Notes: generated by a model from the sequence alone, not told the origin. 64,000 nt of DNA from Candidatus Latescibacterota bacterium (GCA_965217865.1 CBDCJO010000002.1:3680001-3744000), one strand, 5' to 3'. Counted from the stretch's first letter, positions 21,013 through 31,502 are shown. Numbers and translations are program-made.

Positions 21013-23505
21013 CTAACCTTTATGTTCTATAGGAATTTTCCAATCTCGGCTGAATAGAAACGCCAGGATACAGATACCGGTAACCAGAAACGTGCAGACG
21101 GCCACGGTGGTAAACGCCTGGAATCCGTAGAGAATGGGGATAAAGAAAGCGAGAGTGGCCCCCATGGCGGTCCCCAGGGCATCCATGCCAAACAATTGCA
21201 GCCGGCCCATCGGAACCTGTTCGAAAATTAGGGGAAAGAAAGTGCCCGTGACCAGGACAACAGGAACCAGAGTCCCGACTACCGTACCGACGTGCCACGC
21301 GGAGGCCCCCAACCACATGATTACCGCGATGATCAGCGTCCCGAGGATAATCCGGGGAAGGTGCCGTTTTGAGATCAGAAGGCTCCCCAGACCGGTCATT
21401 GTCAAGAAAGAAACGATGCCGATGATCAAAGAATCGTAGTAGGAATACAAATTCCGGAAAAGGTGAATAACGCACAGATGCTCGATCAGGATAAAGTTGG
21501 CACCCAGCAGGATACCTATCCCCATCAAAACCGTCGGATGGACGGAGAGGGATTTCCCGCGAAGCGGTCGCCACAGAATTACCCCCAGGATGCCGCCAGC
21601 CCCAACAAGCAATACGGCCAGCACCTTGAACATCCAACGGATATCCTCCTCGGACAGGATGTTGCTGATGTTACCCGCCAGGAATGGGCGGTTATCCGTG
21701 ATTTGTCGAAAGTCGGATAGCTCCATTTCCGGATCCCGGAGCGGGACCAGATCGTGATCCATTGCGAACTGCCTTCTCGCGCTTGACCATTTGGTTTTTT
21801 GCTCCGGCGAGGCATCGGATGGAAACGCCAATAACTCGAAGGCCCCCTGCTTTTCATCCATAAAGCCGAAAACATCCATCCCCAGCAGACGCAACGTGTT
21901 GTAGTACTGACGGAGCAAAATACCCTTGTCGTCCAGCACCACGTCGTAACCGATGGCGAGGACACCGCCGGGATTCAAGTGGTCTATGAACAACTGGAAG
22001 GCCTCCGTCGTTCGGATCATGTTACCCGGCTCGAGCATCAACTGCGGATACCCGCCGACACTCATTAACATAATTAAGTCGAAGCGTTCATCGGTTCGTT
22101 CGAAATAACCGCGGGCTTCTCCGACGTAAGTCTCCACGGGATCCTTCGTGTATGCTTCGGCAAAATCCTCGCGTAAGGGTCCCTGGATCGATTCAACCAC
22201 AACCGGTTCAATCTCCATGGCAAGGATCCTCCCGGCCCCCGCCATTCGGCTGTAAATGATACCGCGCCCGCCCCCGGACCCGATGATCGCCACGCGGCCC
22301 TCTTCGGGCAGAAACAGGAACGGGATCCGGTCTCGTGATAGCAGGGCGTCGGAGCCCTTTTGGGGAACCACATTCCACATGCCGACATCGTTGTAAAACC
22401 CGCTGTAGTAATGCTCATCCAGCCGCTTGAACAGGAAATAGCCTTTCTCCGTCCCGATCACTTCGCTGAATTCCCCCACCTTCAGATCCACCACTCCCTC
22501 GAAAAACCGGGGGTCCAAATCCGAAGGCACGACGAAACCGAGGGCCTTTCCCGGAAAAGTCCCCCCCCTCCTCAACCCCCCAAGCACCCTTTCCGCCTCC
22601 GCTCGTGATGAAACCACCACCATTGACAGCCGGATCCTTTCAGCCCCTTGTGTACTTTCACTCCGGGTCTTCCCCTCCTCGATACTTCTGCGGATAATTT
22701 CGACATATGAGTATTTGCCCCATCCCGCAAAGGCCACTTCGTTGTCCGGGCTTTGATCAAGACTCCACGCAGCCGACATGTTAACGGTTGAGGGCAGCTT
22801 GAACCAGTTCATAAAGGTGCGGTCGAAGGCCGGCCAACAGACCACCGCCAGAATTACAACCAGTTCCACCCCCCCCCGAAAACGGACACCCTTTTTCAAG
22901 ATAAGGCGACTTCCCGAGACAGCTGCCACCGCAAGAAGCAGCAGGCGGGGCACACCCAACGGTCGCTGAAGCAACTCGGCCAACCCGAATGCGGCAGCTC
23001 CACCGAAGAGGAACAGCGCATACACCGGCCGCATTCCCCCTCCAAAGGCCTGTGTCCCCGCCAGATAACCGATATATTCGGCTGCCCCGTATGCGGCGAA
23101 AAACGAAAGATAGATTAAGGCGAACACCAGAACCTGTACCAGCAAGCGAACCGGATCGATGCCGAACAGTAGATTCGCTCGCATGTAGTCAACGTGCTTG
23201 CAACCCAGAGTGGCCAGGATGCTCAGGACCATGACGATCTGCATCACGGTCAACATGCGCTGAAATCGCCTCACGTCCGCCTGATGCTTGCGCGCGGCCA
23301 GGGCGGCGCCGATCGGAAACCCGACCAGCAGCAGCGCAAAAAACATAGATGGCATGATGAAAAACGAAAGGAGACGAAAAATCGACAGACTGAACAGCAC
23401 GGCCCCAAGGGACGAGAGAAAAATCCCGGCGACCAAACGCTTCAGCGACGTCCCTTCAAGCATGTCTACGGATCCGTTCATATCGATAAGTTGTGAGGTT
23501 GACAT
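21013..23505 (-). CDS. Multi-TM spermidine-synthase-like SAM-dependent protein with parvulin-like insertion
   Basis: TM blocks at both ends; IIGSGGG, MEIEP, GEARGY, FDLIML, ITDNRPF; insert resembles PPIase. Confidence 0.75.
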   Translation of the reverse strand: MSTSQLIDMNGSVDMLEGTSLKRLVAGIFLSSLGAVLFSLSIFRLLSFFIMPSMFFALLLVGFPIGAALAARKHQADVRRFQRMLTVMQIVMVLSILATLGCKHVDYMRANLLFGIDPVRLLVQVLVFALIYLSFFAAYGAAEYIGYLAGTQAFGGGMRPVYALFLFGGAAAFGLAELLQRPLGVPRLLLLAVAAVSGSRLILKKGVRFRGGVELVVILAVVCWPAFDRTFMNWFKLPSTVNMSAAWSLDQSPDNEVAFAGWGKYSYVEIIRRSIEEGKTRSESTQGAERIRLSMVVVSSRAEAERVLGGLRRGGTFPGKALGFVVPSDLDPRFFEGVVDLKVGEFSEVIGTEKGYFLFKRLDEHYYSGFYNDVGMWNVVPQKGSDALLSRDRIPFLFLPEEGRVAIIGSGGGRGIIYSRMAGAGRILAMEIEPVVVESIQGPLREDFAEAYTKDPVETYVGEARGYFERTDERFDLIMLMSVGGYPQLMLEPGNMIRTTEAFQLFIDHLNPGGVLAIGYDVVLDDKGILLRQYYNTLRLLGMDVFGFMDEKQGAFELLAFPSDASPEQKTKWSSARRQFAMDHDLVPLRDPEMELSDFRQITDNRPFLAGNISNILSEEDIRWMFKVLAVLLVGAGGILGVILWRPLRGKSLSVHPTVLMGIGILLGANFILIEHLCVIHLFRNLYSYYDSLIIGIVSFLTMTGLGSLLISKRHLPRIILGTLIIAVIMWLGASAWHVGTVVGTLVPVVLVTGTFFPLIFEQVPMGRLQLFGMDALGTAMGATLAFFIPILYGFQAFTTVAVCTFLVTGICILAFLFSRDWKIPIEHKG

Positions 23506-23656
23506 TTATGGCTACTTCCTGCAGTTTTATGGTTCCCTTGCAATCGCGAGATTCGCTTCGCTCAGCCGGAACCAACTGGCTCCTTGGCATAGCTTTCCGA
23601 CCGGATACTTCAGGAGATTGTCAGGATATTAATCCCTGGCCTTATGGGGCCAAAAG

Positions 23657-23773
23657 TTGTGGGACCGGTCTCCAGACCGGGAACTGGCTCGGTAGGGCCA
23701 GGATCAATTAAACAGAGATTTTTCACTTTGGCTGACGACCTTATTATTCCCCGACTGGAGTCGGGTCCCACAA
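23657..23773. repeat. REPIN-like inverted pair of REP palindromes
   Basis: TTGTGGGACCGGTCTCCAGACCGGGAA ... TTCCCCGACTGGAGTCGGGTCCCACAA. Confidence 0.7.
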
Positions 23774-23816
23774 AATCTAAGGGGTTATCCCCTTACCTAT
23801 CCCGGGCTTGACTTTT

Positions 23817-23868
23817 CCTGCCACTGCCACTGCTACTGCCTCAGTCCATCGTCCATCGTCCATCGTCC
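23817..23868. repeat. Short tandem repeats (CTGCCA-like x3, GTCCATC x3)
   Basis: Direct inspection. Confidence 0.8.
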
Positions 23869-23972
23869 AAACTGTATTCATGATGCAATTCCTTTGAATT
23901 GTCAATACCAAAGGCACCCCACGTACGCAGTAAGACTCAATAAAAAAAGGACATACCGTGAAAATGGTGTCC
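23869..23972 (-). repeat. ~104-bp terminator+promoter module, copy A
   Basis: Aligns with 30979-31082; GGACACC..GGTATGTCC-T7 then TTGACA on minus. Confidence 0.85.
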
Positions 23973-24023
23973 AGGGCGTTAAATCAACTTTCCCATCAAT
24001 TACCTTTATAAGGAAGAATAAAC

Positions 24024-25184
24024 ATGGACAGCGCTGCGTCTTACCGCGCCACGGCCTTTGCCGACGCCAAGCCCGAGCTTGCTGCCCCTGGAGCCACGCC
24101 GGAGCGGTTGGCCCACTTGCAGGAGCATGGTTTCGTCATCATCACCGACCTTGTCGACAACCCAATGATCCCCGTACTCCGTGAGGCGGGCCGCCGTGTC
24201 ACCGAGGCGTGCTCGCCCGAAAATGGATACAGCAAGATCGATTGCTCGAAGGGCTACGTGCACCGTGCGCGAGACGATGAGCCGTGGGCGATCCGGGGCC
24301 TGACCCATCCCGCCCTCGGGGAGCCCAGCTTTGCCGAGTTCCACTGCTCGCCGGATTTCCTGAATTTCGTCCACTCCTGGTGCGGGCTGCGGCCTGAAGA
24401 TATGGTGATGAGCGGGATGCTCCTGTGGTGCAATCCCCGGCGGCACGAGAATGGGCCCAGTTGGCACCGAGACGTGACGTGGTGGGGCACCGGGAAGCCT
24501 TATTTTTCGCAGAGGGACGACCGCGGGGAGGACACTGAGGCGTACTCTGAGGAGACCGAAAACCTCCGATGGGAAGAAATCCGCGCCAATAACGCCACGG
24601 CGATCACCGAGCGGAACGGAGTGAGCGTGTTCTTGGCCTTGGTCGACGATGAGTGCCACGAGCTCGTACCCGGTAGCCACGATCGCTGGCGGACGCCGTT
24701 TGAGCACGACGTGCTCCTCCCGCAGGCGATGAAGGACCAGGGGGTGCCGCACACGCCCAGTTGGAACGGCTTGGACCCGTTGCCGAACCAGGTGGCGATT
24801 CGGCTCAAGGCCGGAGAAGCCCTCATCCGCAACGGGGCCACGATCCACACCGGGCACACCGTCCCCGATCGCGAGCGCAACACCTTGTCCATCGGCTGGT
24901 CGAAGTGGACAGGCCCATTCACAGGGGAGCGGGCGGTGGCGGACGCGCGTAGCGCGTGGCAACTCGATCCCGCCGTGCGGTCTGCATTGCCGCACGAGTG
25001 GATGAGAACAGCGTGGGACCGATGGGCAGAAACGCAGAAGTTGGGAGATACGCTTGAGGACCGCTACGCGGGGTTTGACATCGGGCGAATCAAAGCTGGG
25101 GAAGTCGTGGGTTGGCGTGGTGAGCTGGAGCGCCAAGCTGCAGCGGCGGGAGAAGCGTGGAAGCCCTTCCAAACAGCGGAATGA
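24024..25184 (+). CDS. PhyH-like 2OG/Fe(II) dioxygenase with C-terminal extension
   Basis: EHGFVII, WHRD, LVPGSH, LKAGEALI..IHTG..R. Confidence 0.78.
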   Translation: MDSAASYRATAFADAKPELAAPGATPERLAHLQEHGFVIITDLVDNPMIPVLREAGRRVTEACSPENGYSKIDCSKGYVHRARDDEPWAIRGLTHPALGEPSFAEFHCSPDFLNFVHSWCGLRPEDMVMSGMLLWCNPRRHENGPSWHRDVTWWGTGKPYFSQRDDRGEDTEAYSEETENLRWEEIRANNATAITERNGVSVFLALVDDECHELVPGSHDRWRTPFEHDVLLPQAMKDQGVPHTPSWNGLDPLPNQVAIRLKAGEALIRNGATIHTGHTVPDRERNTLSIGWSKWTGPFTGERAVADARSAWQLDPAVRSALPHEWMRTAWDRWAETQKLGDTLEDRYAGFDIGRIKAGEVVGWRGELERQAAAAGEAWKPFQTAE

Positions 25185-25244
25185 AGGAATATGAAACCTC
25201 GCTTGCGAGCTCTTCGTTCCGCGACGCGCACGTCCACACCTCGG

Positions 25245-27578
25245 TCACCCGTCACCCCCGAGGAGAACGCCGGACTCGGGCGCTCGGCATTCGTGTCCCA
25301 GCAGCCGCAGGCTGTGCCACAGCGTCGCCTGATTGCCGGTGACGACCGGGCGGCCGAGGGCTAATTCGAGGCGGTCGATCAACCCGATGGTGTCGATCGC
25401 GGTGTCCGGGATCAGCAACGGATGGGTGCGGCTCCCCAGCGCGCGGTTGAAACGTACCGCTTGCTGGTGGATGTCGAGGTTGTGCGACTCGAGCTCGTCC
25501 GCGCAGTCGAGCGACACCATCGCCGCCACTGCAATGCCAGCGTCGTCAAGGAACCGCAGGAACCGGTGCGTGGTGGGCGCGGGATAGGCGCTCAGCACGT
25601 CCACCGTGCCGGCACCGAGGACCGTGACCGCCTCGAGCATCGCGAGCGAGGTGCTCGTCGCGGGCCGCCCCGCAGCTTTCGCCATTGTATCTATTCTGAG
25701 ATAACAAGAGAAAAGCAGATAAAGGTCCAAGCAAGATTCAGGCAGCCTTGTGGATGGTCTGGGATGTTCTTTGCCGATTGATTTCTATGCGGCGCTGCCG
25801 AGCCTCCTCCTTTCGACCTTGTCGGTGGTGAAGAATCTTTTGATGCTGGCCTTTATGCCTCTGAAGAGGCGTGACATACTGTATTGCCCCGTGATAGCGT
25901 TCGGCGTTGTAGCTGTGAATGAAGGAATCAATCAGGCCTTCCAGTTGATGGAATGTGAAGATGTCCTGGAAGCGCAGCCAGTCGTATTTGAATGTCCGGA
26001 AAAAGGCTTCGATCCAGGCGTTGTCCGTGGGTGTTTGATATCGGGCAAACAGCTGCGAGATGCCCAGGTCCTTGAAGAATTGGGCCATCGATTTGGCCTT
26101 CATCTGAGATCCGTGATCTGAGAGGGCTGTCAAGCTTATGGGCCCAGTGTCCAGCAGTCCTTCGTTGGCAAGGGCTTGATCCCAGGCCTGTTTGACCTGC
26201 TCCACGGTCGCGTTGAAGGAGAGCTTCCATCCTACGATTTTCCTGGAATACACGTCGAGAATGGCGGTAAAATACAGGAACAAACCGAAAAATGGGATGT
26301 AGGTCAGGTCCCAGCTCCAGACCTGATTAGGACCTTCAGGTTTGACCTGGGGCTTGCTCTGCTTGACCGGCGTCCTCACCTGTTTCCTGCGTGCCAGACG
26401 TTCTTTCCTGGCCTGTCGGTAGAAGCTGGAGGCCGAGGCCTGCACTACCCCCTTCTCTGAGGCTACCACCGCCAGCTGATGGGGAGGCAGATCGGCATAG
26501 GTCTCATCCCTTAAGAGGGCCGGGATTTGCTCTTTCTCCTCCCTCAGCAATCCGTGTGGGGCCTCATCAGGGGCGGGCCCGGGCTTCCCATCCAAAAGCG
26601 GGTCCGACACCCCATCCAGCTTCTCTTCTCGATCTCGCCGGCTCCAGGCACAATACCGCTGGAGGGGAAGCTGTAGGATCTCGCAAGAACGGGTGAGTTT
26701 CACCCCTTTCTCCTTGGCCCGATGGACCATTAAGAGGATCTCGCGTTTGACCTCAGCTTGCACCCGGTGGCCCTTGATCGGGCCTGTCAGATCCCATTCA
26801 CACTTTTTTTTAGCAGGGAAAGTTCCACAGATTGCTCAATGATCGTTTGCTCCAGGCGTGCCCGCTCTTTGCGCAGCTGCTCCACCTCCTCAGCCGATAC
26901 CATCGGCTTGCGGCTCCGGCGACCCTTGAACTCCTTGAGGGCCCCGGACTTGACCGACTCACGAATACGCTTTAGATCCGAGGAATGAATGCCCCATTTC
27001 CGCAGCACCTGTGCAATGGGAACATCTCCCCGGCTGGCTTCAAGGAAAATCTCATACTTCTGTTCCGGGGACAAGCTCCTGCGCTTCTTGACCGGGTCAC
27101 TGTTTGAGGACAGTTGCTCCATCTTTACTCCTCCTGTGAGGTCAGGGATATCCCAAAATATGTATCCCTTCTCAACCCTACAGGCAACCAGGATCTTGCT
27201 TCGACCTTGCCCCCGTTTTTTCGGGCGATCTCAGACAAAAGATACCATCGCGTCGGCTTGCGCGCGCGACCACTCGAGCCCACCGACGAAGCTCCCGCAG
27301 GTGCACGGCCACGCCACTACGTCGCAGTCAGCCTCGGAAAGCTCCCGCACCGCCGCCGCCAGCTTGTCTTCGCGGCCGGTGTCGTACACGGACTCGATGT
27401 CGTGCCGGCCGTTGGCCTCGGCGTAGGCCTCCACCGTGCTGATCGAGGGGAAACCAAACCGTTGCATCCACCAATCGTAGTGCTGCGTCTCGGGATCTTC
27501 CACCCGGTTGAAGCCCGCGCCGGCCACCTTGGGGATGATCAGCCCCAGACGCTGCGTGTTCGGCCGTGTCTCGGTCAT
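25245..27578 (-). pseudogene. Maleate isomerase/arylmalonate decarboxylase family gene split by IS copy 2
   Basis: WPCTCGSF, PDTA, PVVTGNQATLW; QADAM|AKA restored with 4-bp TSD CCAT. Confidence 0.85.
25686..27244 (-). mobile_element. IS3-family element copy 2 (1559 bp, apparently intact)
   Basis: orfA 26787-27122, orfB 25738-26763; TSD CCAT. Confidence 0.95.
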
Positions 27579-27590
27579 GGTGCGCTTTCC

Positions 27591-28109
27591 TCAGTCAGGC
27601 TCGATGAACATGGTTTCGTCGACCGCGCCTGTGAACCAGAGATTACGGCAAACCTCCGAGAACTCCTCGAGCGCCTCGAACGAGGTGCCGGTCGCGAACA
27701 GGGTCGCTGCGATGATGCCGTACGGGCTGATGAGGGTGTTGCCGCGCTCGTAGAAGAATGCGAAGTCGAGCAGCCAGCCGTCCTCGTCGACCACCAGATC
27801 CTGCCCCGATAGGGTGTTACCCCCCGTGAACCCGCCGGTCAGTCGGCCGCTCACCGGCGCGAACAGCAGATCGCCCGGCCCCGGGTAGATGCAGGTCCAC
27901 TCCTGCGGCGGGGTGGGCTTGGGCAGGGGGACCAGGTTATAAATCTCGTTGTTGGCGTACTTCGCGTGATACGCCTGGCTCTCCACCGGCAGCATCTTCG
28001 CTACAGTCTTGCAGGTTTCCGGTGAGCGGTCCCAGCGCATGCGCAGACGCACGCTCGCATCGCGCTTGTGTAGACCGAGCCGAATGAATGGGAGCTTTTC
28101 GTCCGGCAT
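27591..28109 (-). CDS. DUF3830 family protein
   Basis: PETC..LP..HAKYANNEIY, PGPGDL, FFYERGN; typical neighbour of maleate isomerase-like genes. Confidence 0.8.
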   Translation of the reverse strand: MPDEKLPFIRLGLHKRDASVRLRMRWDRSPETCKTVAKMLPVESQAYHAKYANNEIYNLVPLPKPTPPQEWTCIYPGPGDLLFAPVSGRLTGGFTGGNTLSGQDLVVDEDGWLLDFAFFYERGNTLISPYGIIAATLFATGTSFEALEEFSEVCRNLWFTGAVDETMFIEPD

Positions 28110-28399
28110 CCCTTCGTCCTCTCGTCTACTAAGGTGTTACACAGTCCACATGTCAGGCTCAGAATGAGGCAAAACCTGACCGATTGTCTGTGGCGTTGGC
28201 GCTTCGAGATCCGTGACAAGCTGCGTCAACTTGGTCTCTAGTAACACAGGCTCTATGAAACGGCACTTCCGGTCTTGCTCTTTTTGACAACACGAAAGAC
28301 ATGATAATTCTTCGGACCGACTTTCAAACCATCGTTATTTCATACACTTGTCACCATTTTTTATAAGGTAGGAATTTTCCTGACATTGTCACTTTAACC

Positions 28400-28455
28400 C
28401 GGTCGCCTTTCGGATCCTCTTCCTTAAAACCGTCCGCTAAACCGGGGTAACTCCA
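28400..28455 (-). mobile_element. Isolated IS3-type terminal repeat remnant
   Basis: TGGAGTTACCCCGGTTTAGCGGACGG at the point where cynS breaks. Confidence 0.55.
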
Positions 28456-28820
28456 TCTATTGTAAGCGTAAAATCAATTGCACTCATGATACCGTCACCA
28501 AATTTTTCATGGATAACCGCCTTGATGGGCATGCCGTAAACCTGCATTATTTCATAAAACCGATATATTAGCGGATCCGTTGGTACAACAGGTCCGAGGC
28601 CTTTGCTTGGGCATACTGTCAACGCCTCAGCGATGGTTGAATCCAGCTCCAACTCATCAACAATTTTAGTAGCTTCTTCTGTGGTGGCGCTTGCTTGTTG
28701 ATAAAACAGGGATGCAACCCAAACTTCATCCCGATTGATGCGTTTCCCTAGTTCATCAAAGGACAAACCTTTTGCCTGTTTTGCGTTCAAAAGTTGTTGT
28801 GTTATCTGTGATGATTCCAT
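28456..28820 (-). pseudogene. cynS: Cyanase, 3' truncated
   Basis: [25 protein letters not shown]; final strands missing. Confidence 0.88.
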
Positions 28821-28849
28821 CGTAAATCTCCTGTGAAATAAAACAATCT

Positions 28850-28969
28850 TGCGGCTGAGTTAAGTGGCGAAACGGGCGATTTCAGTTGATGTTCTTCATC
28901 TCTGAAATAACGATCAAGTTGAACAATTTAATAGCAGCGATCAATATCCGTTCCAGCGCCCAGTTATGT
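28850..28969 (-). other. Degenerate attC-like site
   Basis: ACATAAC (contains glyoxalase stop)-TGGGCGCTGGAAC ... GCCACTTAACTCAGCCG. Confidence 0.4.
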
Positions 28970-29338
28970 CTTATTGATGGCATTTCCAATTCGCCACAAA
29001 ACGCCAGTAGGGTCAAATAAAGTGAAGTCTCGCAACCCCCATTCTCGCTCTTCGGGCTCGCCAAGCCTAATTCCGTATTTTTCAACCACATTGTTAGATT
29101 TAATTCTAGACCACCAGTCATCAGAGTTTTTTACCAGAAAATGCATCACGAAACTATCTGCGTGCTCCTTCACATAATAATTCTGAAGAAGAAAGCTGCT
29201 ACTTTGAGTTCTAAAATAAGCCAAGTCCCCATCAGACCATATAAGATCAAATCCAATATCACTATAGAATTTCTTTGACAACTCAAAATCCTTTGCCGGA
29301 ACAAAAGCCTTTATTTCTACTACATCATAATCCGGCAT
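28964..29338 (-). CDS. Glyoxalase/VOC protein, AT-rich, cassette-like
   Basis: EIKAFVPAKDFELSKKFY, WGLRDFTLFDPTGVLWRIG. Confidence 0.88.
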   Translation of the reverse strand: MPDYDVVEIKAFVPAKDFELSKKFYSDIGFDLIWSDGDLAYFRTQSSSFLLQNYYVKEHADSFVMHFLVKNSDDWWSRIKSNNVVEKYGIRLGEPEEREWGLRDFTLFDPTGVLWRIGNAINKT

Positions 29339-29539
29339 CTCCATCCTCCAGACTGGATTTTTGAACCTGCCGACACGCTCGGGGCGGCGAAGAAACCTCA
29401 AACAACCAAGAACTGAGAACGTCCGACTGCATCTCGCTCGTTGGGCATTATTTGACCGTTTGGGGTCATCTCACCTTCGCCAGAGACGATATAATAAAGC
29501 TTGAAACCAGGGAGCCGGCGGGACCGCCGCTCTTGCGAA

Positions 29540-30385
29540 TCATGTGGCCAGTCCATCGGGGTAGCCGTAGGGTGTGTCGTTGCGGTGGGCGGGAAGCGGC
29601 CAGCTCTGGCCGCCGAGGTTTTGGTACGCCTCGTGCTTGCCGCATAGCCACAGAAACATCTCGGCCGTCTTGCAATCCCCACGGAACTGCTCGACATAAG
29701 CGCCCGCGGGCGTGCTGTAGCTGACGGAGGCGAAGTCGAAGTCCGGCTCGACGATCCAATCGCGCCTGGACGGAGTCTTGCGCCAGTAGAAGTATTTCAG
29801 CATGTTCCGGAGAGTGGCTTCCGTCGACCTTCCGCGACGGTGCCAGATCTGATACGCCGTGAGGAAGATGGATCCCCCCGGCGAAGCCGTCGACACGGTG
29901 CCGCGAATGGCGTTCAGGTGTCCCATGAAACGGGCCTTGTTGCGGATGAGATGAGACCCCGGCAAGACCTCCGTGGGCCCTATTTCCACAGGGGTGTTCT
30001 GAGGATAGAAGAATACCTGCAGGTAGTTGAGTTCCGGGCCCCACTGGTAGTTGCCGTCCACATGCCAGCCGCCGGTCACCGGATGCGGACCCGTCACCCT
30101 GTGGTTGCTCATGAGGATGGGAATGTGAAAATTGGCGCCCATCAGCGAGCGTACAGCTCCGGCCGCAACCCTGTTGAGAATGACACCGTCGATGAACCAC
30201 TCTTCATCGAGGATTCCGGTCGGTTCCTTGAACGCGTCGCTCTCGAGGTATTCCGTCGTCATGCGATTGATTTCGTCAGGTACCACGCCTTCCAGAAGCA
30301 AGTAGCCGTTCTTGCAGAATTCCAGCACCTGCGAGTCGGTGAGGGTCGGTTCGCAGTCGTAGGTCTTGTCGTTGAGTTGTGTCAT
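29540..30385 (-). CDS. PhyH family dioxygenase
   Basis: FCKNGYLLLEGVV, WHVDG, GPTEVLPGSH, IWHRRG, RNMLK. Confidence 0.85.
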   Translation of the reverse strand: MTQLNDKTYDCEPTLTDSQVLEFCKNGYLLLEGVVPDEINRMTTEYLESDAFKEPTGILDEEWFIDGVILNRVAAGAVRSLMGANFHIPILMSNHRVTGPHPVTGGWHVDGNYQWGPELNYLQVFFYPQNTPVEIGPTEVLPGSHLIRNKARFMGHLNAIRGTVSTASPGGSIFLTAYQIWHRRGRSTEATLRNMLKYFYWRKTPSRRDWIVEPDFDFASVSYSTPAGAYVEQFRGDCKTAEMFLWLCGKHEAYQNLGGQSWPLPAHRNDTPYGYPDGLAT

Positions 30386-30389
30386 CGCT

Positions 30390-30758
30390 CTATTTCCATC
30401 GTTCGAGGATAAAGAGGAACCCCAGGCCGTGGAACTCCTCATCGCTCATGGTCAGCAGCGACTGGTCGGGAAAGGAGATCACCCGCCAGCCCTGATTTAT
30501 CGCGTCGAGCACCGACTTGTACGGCCATTCTTCCGGATCGGAGCTCAACACGACCTCCTTGCCGCCTTCGACCAGCGACATGCCCAGTAGTTCTGTGCTC
30601 ACTGAAGTCGACCGGGCGTGAAGGTAGAGAAGATCCTGACGGGCTCCGTTGACTGCCGCGATGGCGGCGATGCCACCGCGCAAACCTTGCTCGGTCAGCT
30701 CACCTTTCTTCAAGTCCATCACGAGTGCTTCGATCCGTTCGGTTTGCTCGCTGCGCAT
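30390..30758 (-). CDS. Hypothetical protein coupled to PhyH gene
   Basis: RBS AGGAG; stop 4 nt before PhyH start; WPYKSVLDAINQGWRVISFP. Confidence 0.7.
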   Translation of the reverse strand: MRSEQTERIEALVMDLKKGELTEQGLRGGIAAIAAVNGARQDLLYLHARSTSVSTELLGMSLVEGGKEVVLSSDPEEWPYKSVLDAINQGWRVISFPDQSLLTMSDEEFHGLGFLFILERWK

Positions 30759-30978
30759 GTCTATCGTCGCTCCTTTCAGAAGTGCAGGAAGGAGATGGCT
30801 CTGGGAAAAACCGATGTTGTCGGGAAGCGTGTCAAGCCATCACGGTAAACCCCAGTGTGCATCCCTAGTGCATCGTGGCGGAAACCATCCCCACATTCAA
30901 AGCAAGCTCTTATACTTTGTATTTCCCTGGAGTTTTAAGCATAGTTCAGACGCCCTCAAGAACCCCTCCAAAGCACCT

Positions 30979-31082
30979 AAACTGTATTCATGATTCAATT
31001 CCTTTGAAATGTCAAATACCAAACGCACCCACGTATGCCGTAAGGTTTCATAAAAAAAGGACATAACCATAAAATGGTTGCC
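30979..31082 (-). repeat. ~104-bp terminator+promoter module, copy B (downstream of comM fragment)
   Basis: Aligns with 23869-23972. Confidence 0.85.
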
Positions 31083-31128
31083 CCTATGCAATCAAACAGC
31101 CAAGAGAATCCCAACCTGGAACTTTCTT

Positions 31129-31320
31129 TTATCGCCACATATTTCGATCCAGACTTCTGTACTGGACCGCTTCGGCCACGTGTTGCGCTTGTATGTCCGC
31201 CTCACCCTCGATATCCGCAATCGTCCGGTTGACCTTCAGGATCCTGTCGTAGGCCCTGGCCGACAGACCGAGTTTGATGATCGCCATGCGCAGGAGCTCG
31301 TGCCCCTTACCGTCGATCCG
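31129..31320 (-). pseudogene. comM: ComM/YifB Mg-chelatase-like ATPase, last 63 codons only
   Basis: Manual translation: LGLSARAYDRILKVNRTIADIEG...HVAEAVQYRSLDRNMWR*. Confidence 0.88.
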
Positions 31321-31502
31321 CCACCACCGATCATATGGAGGTGATTACCCATCTTTAGATCCAGTAATTTATAGTGCCTTGAAAAATCTCTGGTACGCAA
31401 GTTGCAGTCACTCGACTCAGGTCTGTATACCGAAATTTACAACTTGGAGAGCGCAAAGTCATTAAATTTGTCGAACCGTCAGTCATAATCACCTCGCTTC
31501 AC

